DNA from: Rickettsiales bacterium
GTDB lineage: Bacteria; Pseudomonadota; Alphaproteobacteria; Rs-D84
Reading direction: 5' to 3'
DNA: 32,000 bases
Assembly: GCA_031260805.1 (NCBI GenBank)
Contig: JAISKV010000002.1
Span: 8,333-40,332, forward strand
Both the position numbers and the translations under genes were made by a program. This document shows, piece by piece, positions 8,421 to 17,176 of the stretch; the stretch's first letter is position 1; every line of letters starts with the position of its first letter. Under the pieces are notes generated by a model that worked only from the letters and a program-made list of their open reading frames with translations, was not told the DNA's origin and searched no databases.

Positions 8421-8774
8421 TTAGCGTTCAATCCAATCAGACATGACGGACGCCATGGCCGCCATGGCTTCGCGCCACAGGACGGCCGCGCGGTTTTCAG
8501 CAAAAATATGCTGGTGCGGGGCGCGCTTTATGTCGCCGAATTTTTTAATAACCGCCAGATGATCGTCGCGCAATTTGCCGCACAGATACGCGCGCGTTAT
8601 TCGCGATTCAACATCTATCAGACTGCACGGGCGGCCTGAAAAATGCTTGTCCCCACAGAATCCGGTGCGCGTGGCCCGATTGTGCAGGAACCAGAACCAA
8701 ATTTCTTCGGCATCCCGAAATTTCCTGATGTTTAGCGCGATGTTTCCCACACTATTTGTTGCATAGTTTTTCAT
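8421..8774 (-). CDS. Hypothetical protein, possibly a phage/plasmid-type small regulator
   Basis: A strong AAGGAGAG Shine-Dalgarno sequence precedes the ATG at 8774. The 117-aa product begins MKNYATNSVGNIALNIRKFRDAEEIWFWFL. The family was not recognised. Confidence 0.5.
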   Translation of the reverse strand: MKNYATNSVGNIALNIRKFRDAEEIWFWFLHNRATRTGFCGDKHFSGRPCSLIDVESRITRAYLCGKLRDDHLAVIKKFGDIKRAPHQHIFAENRAAVLWREAMAAMASVMSDWIER

Positions 8775-8958
8775 TTTCTCTCTCCTTTTGTGTTTTTTCC
8801 AAATCCAACCGCATTGCGATAGGATAAAAAGCATATAAGAATATTTACTAGAATAAATACATAAATACAACCATGACTAGAATTATGAACACAAAAATAA
8901 GCCCTCGCGGCGATGAGCGGGGCCAGTCCACCTTCCCTTTTTGAGGTGGCCACTGTTT

Positions 8959-9074
8959 AAGTTATTAATTATTAGTTATTAATTATTATACCATGGTGCG
9001 TGTTGTGAAAATTCCGCCACAACAAACAAAGGGATAATAACTAATAACTAATAACTAATAATTAATAACTATTA
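8959..9074. repeat. TAATAAC-armed MITE/RPE-like element, copy 3 (diverged core)
   Basis: GTTATTA/ATTATTA arrays, a core 35/42 identical to copy 1, then a (TAATAAC)n array. Confidence 0.85.
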
Positions 9075-9100
9075 AAAAACGCGGCTACGCCGCGTTTTTT
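9074..9100. terminator. Bidirectional rho-independent terminator
   Basis: Sequence AAAAAACGCGGC-TAC-GCCGCGTTTTTT. The T-run overlaps the stop codon of the 9099 gene. Confidence 0.8.
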
Positions 9101-9812
9101 AATACCGTGTTGTTGTTATGGATTTATGCAGAAATTCGTTATCCTTGCCCGATTGTTTCGGCGTGATTTTCGCGCTTTTTAATTTCTGGGCTATGTTTTT
9201 ATGATTTTCGTTAAACCATTCCTGGGCCGCCGCTGATTCATCCGCCACAGTCATCGTTTTCGGCACGGCAAACTGCCATTCATCATAATCAATTTTGCCG
9301 TCATCCGATGCAAAAGATTTATCCCCCAGTCCGATTTTAATGGTTCCCAGATAATACGCGTTGCCGGCCTTGGGCATAGCGCCAACATCAAACGAAGGAT
9401 TTGACAGCGTCGTATAGTAAAAATGATCCGTGTTGGACAGCCAGAAAGCCTTGTGCTGTGCGAAAAAACGCAAATTGCGAATTTCAGGCTTGGCATCAAC
9501 CGGGATTTCAATTGCAAAAAACTTATTTGTTTCTATGTCGCCGTATGTGTAATCATCCAATTGATCGTCGTCCAGGTTCTGGGCCGCGTCCGCCGGCGGC
9601 ATCAGCACGGAGAATTGCGTGAATTTCTTGTCGGAATCTTCCGCCCGCTCCCAATCGTCATTTATCGCAGGATCCAGATCCACGCGCGCGACAAACACGG
9701 CGTACCCGTCGTGCGGATTTGCCCCCGGACTCAGTTGTGAACGCGGCCCCCCGCAAGCACAAAGCGCAAAAAGCGCAGAACAAAGAGCAACCGGCAATAT
9801 TATTTTTTTCAT
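9099..9812 (-). CDS. Lipoprotein of unknown function
   Basis: MKKIILPVALCSALFALCACGG fits a signal peptide with a lipobox. An AAAGGTGA Shine-Dalgarno sequence favours the ATG at 9812 over the GTG at 9821. Confidence 0.7.
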   Translation of the reverse strand: MKKIILPVALCSALFALCACGGPRSQLSPGANPHDGYAVFVARVDLDPAINDDWERAEDSDKKFTQFSVLMPPADAAQNLDDDQLDDYTYGDIETNKFFAIEIPVDAKPEIRNLRFFAQHKAFWLSNTDHFYYTTLSNPSFDVGAMPKAGNAYYLGTIKIGLGDKSFASDDGKIDYDEWQFAVPKTMTVADESAAAQEWFNENHKNIAQKLKSAKITPKQSGKDNEFLHKSITTTRY

Positions 9813-9824
9813 TCTCATCACCTT

Positions 9825-10361
9825 TTAGAAGCGCCACTGAATTCCAGCGGTTATCGCATAAGTCCTGATATCGTAATCCAACCCCGTCATAGTATCATAT
9901 CTGAATGCCGCTGTTGCAGCCCAATCATCAGAAATCTGATATATCGCGCCCGCCTGGACATCCAATGCCATCCCGGCGCTGTCAGAATCCGGTATTGACG
10001 CAGCGATATATTTTCCGCCAAATCCCGCGCCGATAAAAGGCCGGACCAGCCATTCTTTCAGCCCAAAATCCGCATAGAAATTAATCAGCAACCCAAAGGG
10101 CGAAAATTCAACAAATTTGTTTGACACGGATTCATAGGAAAATTCCAACTCTGTCCGGAAATACAGCCAGCGCGCACTGCGATAATTTGATCCAAAAGAC
10201 AGCATGCCGCCGACACCGCCGAGATCATTGCCCAAATACCCTGCGGCCGCATCAACAACGCCGTTTAATTTCAGTTCCAAATAATTGCCTTTCATATTCC
10301 CGGCATTTGCAGACGCGGCGGTCGCGATAATTAACAGGAAAGTTATAAACAATTTTTTCAT
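9825..10361 (-). CDS. Small outer-membrane beta-barrel protein, OmpW/OmpA-barrel-like
   Basis: The signal peptide is MKKLFITFLLIIATAASANA. The protein shows alternating amphipathic strands and ends in GIQWRF. Confidence 0.8.
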   Translation of the reverse strand: MKKLFITFLLIIATAASANAGNMKGNYLELKLNGVVDAAAGYLGNDLGGVGGMLSFGSNYRSARWLYFRTELEFSYESVSNKFVEFSPFGLLINFYADFGLKEWLVRPFIGAGFGGKYIAASIPDSDSAGMALDVQAGAIYQISDDWAATAAFRYDTMTGLDYDIRTYAITAGIQWRF

Positions 10362-10485
10362 GCGGGAATTATTGTATAAAAAATGCGGCGACGCAAGAAA
10401 AATTTATTAGAGTTGGAGTTGGATGGCCAGTCCCCAAAAAGATAGGAAATAGCCACGAGTCCCGAGTACGAATAACGAATAACAA

Positions 10486-10513
10486 AAAAACGGCTTTACG
10501 GCCGTTTTTTTTT
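10486..10513. terminator. Bidirectional rho-independent terminator
   Basis: An A7 run, the CGGC / GCCG stem, then a T9 run that overlaps the stop codon of the 10512 gene. Confidence 0.6.
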
Positions 10514-12512
10514 ACGGTGTCGGTGTCGTCGGACGCTCCCATTCGCGGACCGCTTCAACCCCTGCGGTTTTCAAGCAGTTTTCACGCAGGCTGGCGGAAT
10601 TTGTTCCAGCCGCGCTGCTGTCCGTCACAGGCTTTAATATCTCGCTCAGCGTTACTACATTGCGGCAAGTGCTGGTATTCTTCTCAACATCGTAAGCGCA
10701 TGTTTCGGCATCCGCGTTATTCACCACCATCTGGACCGGATTTGTCGCCGGGCTGCACACCATGGTCTCAAAGCACGACGGCGACTGCGACACCTGGGCG
10801 CAGTAAGTTTTGATGCGCGCATCCATCCATGTTGTTCCGTTTGATTGGTACATTTGCGTATAGCAATCGTACAGGTCGGATATGCACTGGCCGAAATTCT
10901 CGCTGGCAGATTGATAATCGGTTAACTTCTGCGCGTCCGCTTCCTGCTTGAATTCCAATCTCTTTTGCTGCAAGGCCTGGGCGACCGCTGTGTTTTGATA
11001 AGAAATCGTCTGCGCCTGGGCTTTCAATTCTTCACCGTACAAATCACAGTCGGCATTCGCGTCCAGAACATATTTCTGCATGACTGACAGCCGCGCCTTG
11101 GCCACCGGATAGCGCAGCGTGGCGTACGGATCGCTGGTCCCGATTGATGTCCCGCTGTAATTCGCGCGCCCGGTCTGGGCATTCACGGCAGTCGTGTATC
11201 CAAAGCATGCGGCGGTTGATGTCGTGCTGGTCTGTTCGCGCAACGGCTCAAAAGTAATGCTCTTGCCATCGCTGCCGGCGGACACTGTGCTGGTATAGTT
11301 ATACGGCTTGTTGCTGGTGCAAGCCTCGTAAATTCCGTTAAAGCAAGAATCCAACACCCGTCCGCAAACATTATTCTGCGCATAGGCGAACAATTGATAT
11401 CCCCATTTTTTCGCCAACTGATCTTCACTGGTCGTGGTCAGTCCCGAAATCCCGGATATGGTATTGACATTCCCAACCAGGCTGTTGTACGCGTCCGTCC
11501 AAGAACTGGATTCAGTGCTGTACAATGTGTTTGTCGCATTCTGGACAGAATTTATGTACTCGTTCAATTGCGACATGATATCGCTGCCGGATCCGTTCAG
11601 ATCAGACAGGGTAAAGCCCAATTCGCCATTGCAATAACTGGGCGCGGTCTTATAGCCCGTGCATTGCGCGGTTCCTGTTATCTGAATATTATTCTCGCAC
11701 CATTTGTCCAGCGTCCCCGCCTGCTTTGCATTCTGATACGCGACGCAGTTCATTGTTTTTTCCGCGTCTGTCAGGCTGAACGCGCTGGATAATTCCTTGC
11801 CTTTGCTGGCGATGAACAGCGACAGTTCACCGGCCACTCTTAACAATTGTTCCTTGGCCGTGTTCAAGGCCTGCTCTGACTGAATAAAGTCTGTCGCGCG
11901 CCCGGCGCAGGTGCAGCGGCGCGCGCCCGGTTTGCGCACCGCGCAGATTTCATCCATACAGGTGTAATAACTGGTCAGACAGTTGCTGTACGCATCCGCG
12001 GAAATCAATCCGGTGTTCGGATCAATAATATTCTCGGTAATTATGCTGCCCAGGCGCAACGCGTTTGTTTGCGTGATGTTTGTGCCGGTTGGCGCGCGCA
12101 TTGCGGATCCGGTCAGCGACACCCGCGCGGGGGATGGCGTCATCATTTCGCCAGACACCGCGGTCCGCGCGGCGACGCCGCGCGGCACGCCGCTGCGCGC
12201 GGCGACGCCGCGGGCGGCAATCGGCTGGGTCGCGCGGGAAGAAACACCACGCTTTGCAACAGCCGCGGTCGGCGCCGCGACAGTGCCGCGCGCCACATTT
12301 GCAGCGCGCGCAGATTGGTTGCGCCGTGAAACTGAATTTGCTGCCGCGGCATCACCGGCGGCCGCAGTTGAAATAAATACAGGCTGCTGCACAGGATCGG
12401 CAAACACAGCGCGCATCGACAATGCGGTAAACCCGATAAAAAACGCACCGGCCAGCATGAACAAAGTCCCGGCCATCTGCATCAGCATATGGTTCCATTT
12501 GCGATTCTGCAT
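10512..12512 (-). CDS. Large secreted or membrane-anchored cysteine-rich protein of unknown function
   Basis: A GGAAGGTG Shine-Dalgarno sequence precedes the ATG at 12512. The protein has an N-terminal hydrophobic helix, an Arg/Ala-rich stretch (RGVAARSGVPRGVAART) and a roughly 520-aa region with 22 Cys. Confidence 0.7.
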   Translation of the reverse strand: MQNRKWNHMLMQMAGTLFMLAGAFFIGFTALSMRAVFADPVQQPVFISTAAAGDAAAANSVSRRNQSARAANVARGTVAAPTAAVAKRGVSSRATQPIAARGVAARSGVPRGVAARTAVSGEMMTPSPARVSLTGSAMRAPTGTNITQTNALRLGSIITENIIDPNTGLISADAYSNCLTSYYTCMDEICAVRKPGARRCTCAGRATDFIQSEQALNTAKEQLLRVAGELSLFIASKGKELSSAFSLTDAEKTMNCVAYQNAKQAGTLDKWCENNIQITGTAQCTGYKTAPSYCNGELGFTLSDLNGSGSDIMSQLNEYINSVQNATNTLYSTESSSWTDAYNSLVGNVNTISGISGLTTTSEDQLAKKWGYQLFAYAQNNVCGRVLDSCFNGIYEACTSNKPYNYTSTVSAGSDGKSITFEPLREQTSTTSTAACFGYTTAVNAQTGRANYSGTSIGTSDPYATLRYPVAKARLSVMQKYVLDANADCDLYGEELKAQAQTISYQNTAVAQALQQKRLEFKQEADAQKLTDYQSASENFGQCISDLYDCYTQMYQSNGTTWMDARIKTYCAQVSQSPSCFETMVCSPATNPVQMVVNNADAETCAYDVEKNTSTCRNVVTLSEILKPVTDSSAAGTNSASLRENCLKTAGVEAVREWERPTTPTP

Positions 12513-12576
12513 GAAAAACACCTTCCCTTTTCACCGAATTATACGAAATATGCGATTTTTTTGCAAGAGGTTAATT

Positions 12577-12648
12577 GTGAAAGGTGTAAGTGTAGGTGTA
12601 GGTGCAGGTCATCTCTATCTACACATTCACTTTCACCTGCACCTGTAC
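12577..12648. repeat. Short-unit-armed hairpin, GTGNAG units versus CTNCAC units
   Basis: The left arm gtgaaaggtgtaagtgtaggtgtaggtgcaggt and the right arm ctacacattcactttcacctgcacctgtac form an imperfect inverted repeat. Confidence 0.65.
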
Positions 12649-12651
12649 TAT

Positions 12652-12680
12652 AAAAAAACGCGGCTGCGCCGCGTTTTTTT
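12652..12680. terminator. Bidirectional rho-independent terminator
   Basis: Sequence AAAAAAACGCGGC-TGC-GCCGCGTTTTTTT. The T-run overlaps the stop codon of the 12679 gene. Confidence 0.8.
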
Positions 12681-13359
12681 ATAAAATCACCTGACCGCCG
12701 AGCCTTGCATTTGACGGCAGCGGGCCAAAACTGGACCGCGGCGCGACACGGATATTTCCCGTTATCGTGAATTCACCGCAAAAGCGGACCAGCCCCAGAT
12801 TCCGAATTATCAAGTCCCCGTCAACAACAATCCCGCAAGGCAGCGTGTACTTGTGCATGTTTTGCAGAATCAGGTTGCCTGAAATCTTGTCGCATTGGCC
12901 CAAACGGTTGCGCGATCCAAATTCTTCGCCATCAATGATAACATCGCCGCCCAGTTGTTTCGGCGCATCGACAACGATCGGGGCAACCGGTTCCGACTTT
13001 TCAGACGCGCGGCGCGCGATAACAGCCTGGCGCAATTCCGCATCATCTTTCGGCGCAGCATTATTATCCGGCATGATGAAAGGATCCGTTTGCGCAGTCG
13101 CAGTATTGAAAATCGCGCTGCCATTGGTTCCGGATTCTATTTCGCGCTTGTCATGAAAATGCCCCAGCAAAATCGTGAAAATAATAATTATAATTAACAG
13201 CAGGCCAAGATTCAACCATAAAGATACCGGCCGGCCCTGCACCCAATTCACAATAGCCGCCCATTTGTTTTTCAGCCAATTCGCTGCATTTGACGACTGG
13301 CTTTGACCGGAATCACCAAGTTTTCGTGCCGCCGCATTAAATTTTGTTTTTGTTGCCAT
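12679..13359 (-). CDS. Single-pass membrane protein with a repetitive, possibly beta-solenoid C-terminal domain
   Basis: The start is taken at MATKTKFNAAARKLG. The TM helix is LWLNLGLLLIIIIIFTILLG. The C-terminus reads GDVIIDGEEF...ISGNLILQN...VVDGDLIIRN...FTITGNIRV. Confidence 0.6.
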   Translation of the reverse strand: MATKTKFNAAARKLGDSGQSQSSNAANWLKNKWAAIVNWVQGRPVSLWLNLGLLLIIIIIFTILLGHFHDKREIESGTNGSAIFNTATAQTDPFIMPDNNAAPKDDAELRQAVIARRASEKSEPVAPIVVDAPKQLGGDVIIDGEEFGSRNRLGQCDKISGNLILQNMHKYTLPCGIVVDGDLIIRNLGLVRFCGEFTITGNIRVAPRSSFGPLPSNARLGGQVIL

Positions 13360-13426
13360 AACACTCTCGCATTTTGTTGTTTTGTACAATTATAATACAA
13401 TTATCATTTTTGTCAAGTGATTAATT

Positions 13427-13554
13427 ATAAAGTGAAAAGTGGAAAGTTAAAAGTTAAAATGTGGCTGGTCGCGCTTTGCGCGATACATTAATCGATTGAT
13501 GTGAGCGAAGCGAACGCATTATTTTCACTTTCCACTTTCAACTTTTCACTTTAT
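13427..13554. repeat. Heptamer-armed hairpin, AGTGAAA-type arm versus TTTCACT-type arm
   Basis: The 34-nt arms have 4 mismatches and enclose a roughly 55-nt loop that contains the smaller hairpin tcgcgc-ttt-gcgcga. Confidence 0.85.
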
Positions 13555-13582
13555 AAAAAAACGCGGCTGGACCGCGTTTTTT
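13554..13582. terminator. Bidirectional rho-independent terminator
   Basis: Sequence AAAAAAACGCGGC-TGGA-CCGCGTTTTTT. The T-run overlaps the stop codon of the 13581 gene. Confidence 0.75.
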
Positions 13583-14165
13583 AGATTATGCATTTCAATG
13601 CAGCGCCTGAATTTTTCAGCATCAGCCATCCCATGCGGTAATCCGTCGCATAAATAGTTATCAGGAATATCAGCAATATAACACAGATTGCCAATGCGCG
13701 GCCGCGCGACGCCTTCATGCAATATACCGCGATATTGTACAGCAAGAACAGCACATACGCGTCAATAACTATGCTGACAGTCATCAAACTGGTGCAATTC
13801 CATGCCAGCGCGTTCAGCACCAGCATTATCGGATACACGAAAAATACCGAAGCCAGACCTGCAACCGCAATCTCCCAATCGCGCTGGCCGCCGGAAATTT
13901 CCGTAATCAGCATCATGACGCCGCCCAGCAGAAACAGCAGCGCGACCGCGATAACCGGCACGACGATTAATTGCAGGAATACAGACGACAGCGTCAGCGT
14001 CGCGCCGCCCAGCAACCGTATGCCCAGCACCAGCGCGCCGCCCAGCATGCCATAGATAAATGCCCGGAACATGGACCCTTCTAGATCGCCGTCAGCGACG
14101 ATTCTGGAAAAAGCGATGCGCGGATTGATGATTATTTGCCAGATATTTTTAAGCCATTGCAGCAT
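13581..14165 (-). CDS. Polytopic membrane protein, possibly Yip1-domain-like
   Basis: A 194-aa protein with about 5 TM helices. The N-terminus NIWQIIINPRIAFSRI resembles Yip1-family starts. Confidence 0.45.
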   Translation of the reverse strand: MLQWLKNIWQIIINPRIAFSRIVADGDLEGSMFRAFIYGMLGGALVLGIRLLGGATLTLSSVFLQLIVVPVIAVALLFLLGGVMMLITEISGGQRDWEIAVAGLASVFFVYPIMLVLNALAWNCTSLMTVSIVIDAYVLFLLYNIAVYCMKASRGRALAICVILLIFLITIYATDYRMGWLMLKNSGAALKCII

Positions 14166-14249
14166 TGCGCGCCCCCACAGTTTGATTATTTGATTATCGT
14201 CAAATAATATTCTATAATCTTTCGCATAAATTACAAGAGAATTCGCAAA

Positions 14250-15566
14250 ATGAAAATAGTCATCGCAGGACGCCCAAACACCGGCAAGTCAACCCTGTTC
14301 AATCAATTGACCGGAACGCGCGACGCGCTGGTTCACAACCGGCCGGGCGTGACGCGCGATGCGATTGCCGGGAAACTTATCGGAACCGACCATGATGTCT
14401 TTGACACCGCGGGGCTGGAACGGAACACCACGGAAATCGGGAAACTGGCGACGGATATTGCTTTTAACTTCATACGCGACGCGGATTTGGTCTTGTTCGT
14501 TGTTGACGCGCGCATCGGGATTACAGGCGAAGACATTGAGTGGGCGAAATTGGTCCGCCGCGCGAATAAAAAAATAATCCTGCTGGCGAATAAATCGGAA
14601 TCATTCAAGAAACTGGCCGACCAGTCCGAATTTTACAAACTTGGCCTGGGCGCGCCGAACCCGATAAGCGCAGAGCACAAGACCGGATTTGATGTTATAT
14701 ATGACTTTATTGAAAAACATTACGCCGACAACCCGGAACCTCAAACCTCAAACCTCAAACCTTTGCGAATATCAATCATGGGCCAACCGAATGTGGGCAA
14801 GTCTACGCTGGTAAACACAATCATCGGGGAAAATCGCGTTATCGTCCGGGACGAGCCGGGGATAACGCGCGACACAATCAAACTGCCGACGCGATTTTAC
14901 GGCCGCGATATAATCTTGGCGGACACGGCGGGATTGCGGCGCAAGGCGAACATTACCGATGCGGTTGAAACTCTGTCAGCGTTGAAATCTTTGGATATTA
15001 TTGAAAAATCAGATGTTATAATTCTGGTGGTTGACGCGACGCGCGATATTGAAAACCAGGCGCTGGGCATAGCGGGCCGCGTTTATGACGGCGGCAAGAT
15101 TTTATGCGTCGCGCTGAACAAGTGGGATCTGGTGGAAGATAAAGAAGACCGGTTGCTGAAACTGAAACACGCGTTCAACAATTCTTTTCATCAGATTATA
15201 AAGCCTTTGATTCTGGCGATTTCCGCCGAAACCGGAACCGGTGTCCGAAACATGTTCAAGCGGGTTTACGAATTGTGGGATATCTCCCAGACACGCGCGC
15301 CGACCAGCCTGGTCAACCGCGTCGTTGAAAAATTGGTGAAATTGCGCCAGCCGCCAATGTCGCGGGTCGGGCGCGGGATGAAGATAAAATTCGCGACCCA
15401 AGTGGCCGAGCATCCGATAAAAATAAAAATCAATGTCGGCGGCGCGTCCGATATCCCGGAAAGTTATACGCGGTACCTGCGCCGCGGAATTGCAAAAGAA
15501 TTGCACTGGGAACAGTTGCCGATAATTATAGAGTATTCCAAAAACGAAAACCCGTTTGAGAGTTAG
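14250..15566 (+). CDS. der: Ribosome-associated GTPase Der/EngA
   Basis: Two G domains (GRPNTGKSTLFN..DTAG..NKSE and GQPNVGKSTLVN..DTAG..NKWD) are followed by a KH-like C-terminus. Confidence 0.95.
   Translation: MKIVIAGRPNTGKSTLFNQLTGTRDALVHNRPGVTRDAIAGKLIGTDHDVFDTAGLERNTTEIGKLATDIAFNFIRDADLVLFVVDARIGITGEDIEWAKLVRRANKKIILLANKSESFKKLADQSEFYKLGLGAPNPISAEHKTGFDVIYDFIEKHYADNPEPQTSNLKPLRISIMGQPNVGKSTLVNTIIGENRVIVRDEPGITRDTIKLPTRFYGRDIILADTAGLRRKANITDAVETLSALKSLDIIEKSDVIILVVDATRDIENQALGIAGRVYDGGKILCVALNKWDLVEDKEDRLLKLKHAFNNSFHQIIKPLILAISAETGTGVRNMFKRVYELWDISQTRAPTSLVNRVVEKLVKLRQPPMSRVGRGMKIKFATQVAEHPIKIKINVGGASDIPESYTRYLRRGIAKELHWEQLPIIIEYSKNENPFES
14737..14762 (+). repeat. (AACCTCA)3.7 heptamer array in frame within the der inter-domain linker
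   Basis: aacctcaaacctcaaacctcaaacct encodes EPQTSNLKP. The same unit forms the right arm of the hairpin at 25032-25058. Confidence 0.9.
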
Positions 15567-15599
15567 AGTTGGTGTTCAGAGTTCAGAGTTTAGAGTTCA
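15558..15599. repeat. Single-arm GAGTTCA-type heptamer array
   Basis: Reads gagagtt agagttg gtgttca gagttca gagttta gagttca. It begins in the last codons of der and supplies its TAG stop. The related array at 7046-7080 uses the same unit. Confidence 0.8.
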
Positions 15600-15755
15600 A
15601 CTATTTTTTCTTTCCGCCTGTATCACCAATTAATTATCATACAGCCATGATACCAGCCAGAATATCGCCAGAAACGAGAATATCTGCCATACGCCGGACC
15701 ATAAAAGAGTATTTCTTGAAAACATATTGAGTTAGTAGTTGGTAATTGGTAGTAC

Positions 15756-15847
15756 AATTAAGAATTAAGAAAGAAGAATTATGTCTTACACTCTGTCTAT
15801 TACAATGAACAAAATAATTCTTAATTCTTCTTTCTTAATTCTTAATT
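15756..15847. repeat. Heptamer-armed hairpin, AAGAATT arm versus AATTCTT arm
   Basis: The 27-nt left arm is complementary to the right arm apart from one extra 7-mer unit. The loop is 31 nt. Confidence 0.9.
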
Positions 15848-15908
15848 AAATCCTGTAAACCACCTCGGCCTACGGCCACCCCTCCATGGGAGGGGAACTG
15901 GCCGCTGA

Positions 15909-17162
15909 CTAAAACCTGTACATCACGCCCAGTTTCACCATCGGCATAAATTTGTAATCTTTCAGATCATGATTCAGGTCTGACAAAGCCTTGTCATAAT
16001 CTGCCCATGCATTATCAATATCGTGCTGCAACCCGTTTCCTGCGGCCCCAACCAAATCGTCCCAGTTGGTTTGCACTTCGCCGAATGCATTCTGCACATC
16101 GCTGGGCAAGTTGCTGACCCAGCCGGGCGCGGTGCCGCCGCTGAGATAGCCGACCAATCCGTCCGCCAACGCATTCCAGTCTATGTTTGTGCCATACGCG
16201 GATTCTATGGCCGATTTGGCCGCAGCATATGCCGGATTATCAATATTGTTTTTGATATAATTCGTGGTCAGATTCTTGGTCAATTCTTCCACATTCGGCT
16301 TGTCCCCTGCGGCATTCAGCAATGTTTCCCATTGCCCGCAATTCGCCCCGTCCGGACAGAATTGCGCTTGCAGTGTCGGATGCGTGATATTCTTCCGCGA
16401 CACTTTCAGCGGATCGCGCGCGAACACAACGCCGGCGTCCATATAAAACTTGAACCCGCGGAACACGCCCAAATCAAATCCGATTCCGGCATAAGGGCCT
16501 GAATAATTCCAATTCAATTTGGCCGCTATCTTGCTGCCAGCGGCGGATTGAAAGCCTATCCTGTCAGTCCCGCCCGCATCAATAAGATAACTGCCGCCGA
16601 TATCGTTCGCGATTGTATTGGTCAGACCGACCTTCATCGTGCCAAAATAGTATCCGCCGGTCAGCCGAATTCCGCCTGCAAACCAAGTGTCGCCGAACGG
16701 ATAAAAATCAATCATCGCGCCGACGCTCTGGTTTTTAATATTGAACACCGCAGTGGATCCGCCAATATCAACAAACCCGCCGTTCAGCGTCAGTTTGTCG
16801 TCATCGTCAAATGTTATCTTGTCCAACTGCGCGATATTGTTCAGATCAAAATCAATACCGGCATACCCAATGCTGGCGTCAATCTTGTGCTGATCATCCT
16901 GCAACGGCTTGATTTTTGCAGTGCCGGTCAAACCGCTGGAAAAATCAAACGCCAAACGCGCGCCAAATCTTTTGCCCCAGAACGATTCGTGCTTTTTATT
17001 CGCATACCCGACAAACGCATTCACGCTGGTAAACGGGACCACCAGCGGAACGCCGATGCCAAACTGAACGCCCTGGTACCAAGGCGACGCATCATCCGAA
17101 TTATCAGCCAGCGCGCCGGTTGTTATTGCTGCAACACAGATAAAAGGCACTAGTTTACGCAT
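15909..17162 (-). CDS. Outer-membrane beta-barrel protein of unknown function
   Basis: The signal peptide is MRKLVPFICVAAITTGALA, the body is Gly/aromatic-rich with strand patterning, and the C-terminus is KLGVMYRF. It is the last gene of the pilin-like operon. Confidence 0.7.
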   Translation of the reverse strand: MRKLVPFICVAAITTGALADNSDDASPWYQGVQFGIGVPLVVPFTSVNAFVGYANKKHESFWGKRFGARLAFDFSSGLTGTAKIKPLQDDQHKIDASIGYAGIDFDLNNIAQLDKITFDDDDKLTLNGGFVDIGGSTAVFNIKNQSVGAMIDFYPFGDTWFAGGIRLTGGYYFGTMKVGLTNTIANDIGGSYLIDAGGTDRIGFQSAAGSKIAAKLNWNYSGPYAGIGFDLGVFRGFKFYMDAGVVFARDPLKVSRKNITHPTLQAQFCPDGANCGQWETLLNAAGDKPNVEELTKNLTTNYIKNNIDNPAYAAAKSAIESAYGTNIDWNALADGLVGYLSGGTAPGWVSNLPSDVQNAFGEVQTNWDDLVGAAGNGLQHDIDNAWADYDKALSDLNHDLKDYKFMPMVKLGVMYRF

Positions 17163-17176
17163 TGGAAACCCTTATT

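Noticed and set aside
7146-8774. A prophage call for the Bro-N region, and for the tail-fibre-like genes at 4560-5945 and 30987-32000.
   Set aside because: No integrase, terminase, capsid, baseplate or lysis genes are present in the window. The fibre-like proteins carry Sec signal peptides, which argues for cellular export rather than virion assembly.
11983-12684. A 233-aa plus-strand ORF, together with the ORFs at 12069-12329 and 12080-12376, antisense to the Cys-rich protein gene.
   Set aside because: These are Arg/Ala/Pro-rich low-complexity translations of the GC-rich antisense strand. They have no Shine-Dalgarno sequence and are fully nested in a better-supported gene with a signal helix and its own Shine-Dalgarno sequence.
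15630-15725. A 31-aa hydrophobic minus-strand ORF (MFSRNTLLWSGVWQIFSFLAIFWLVSWLYDN) in the der / outer-membrane protein spacer.
   Set aside because: It could be a small membrane peptide, but it has no Shine-Dalgarno sequence and no supporting conservation that I can assess. It is too short to call from sequence alone.
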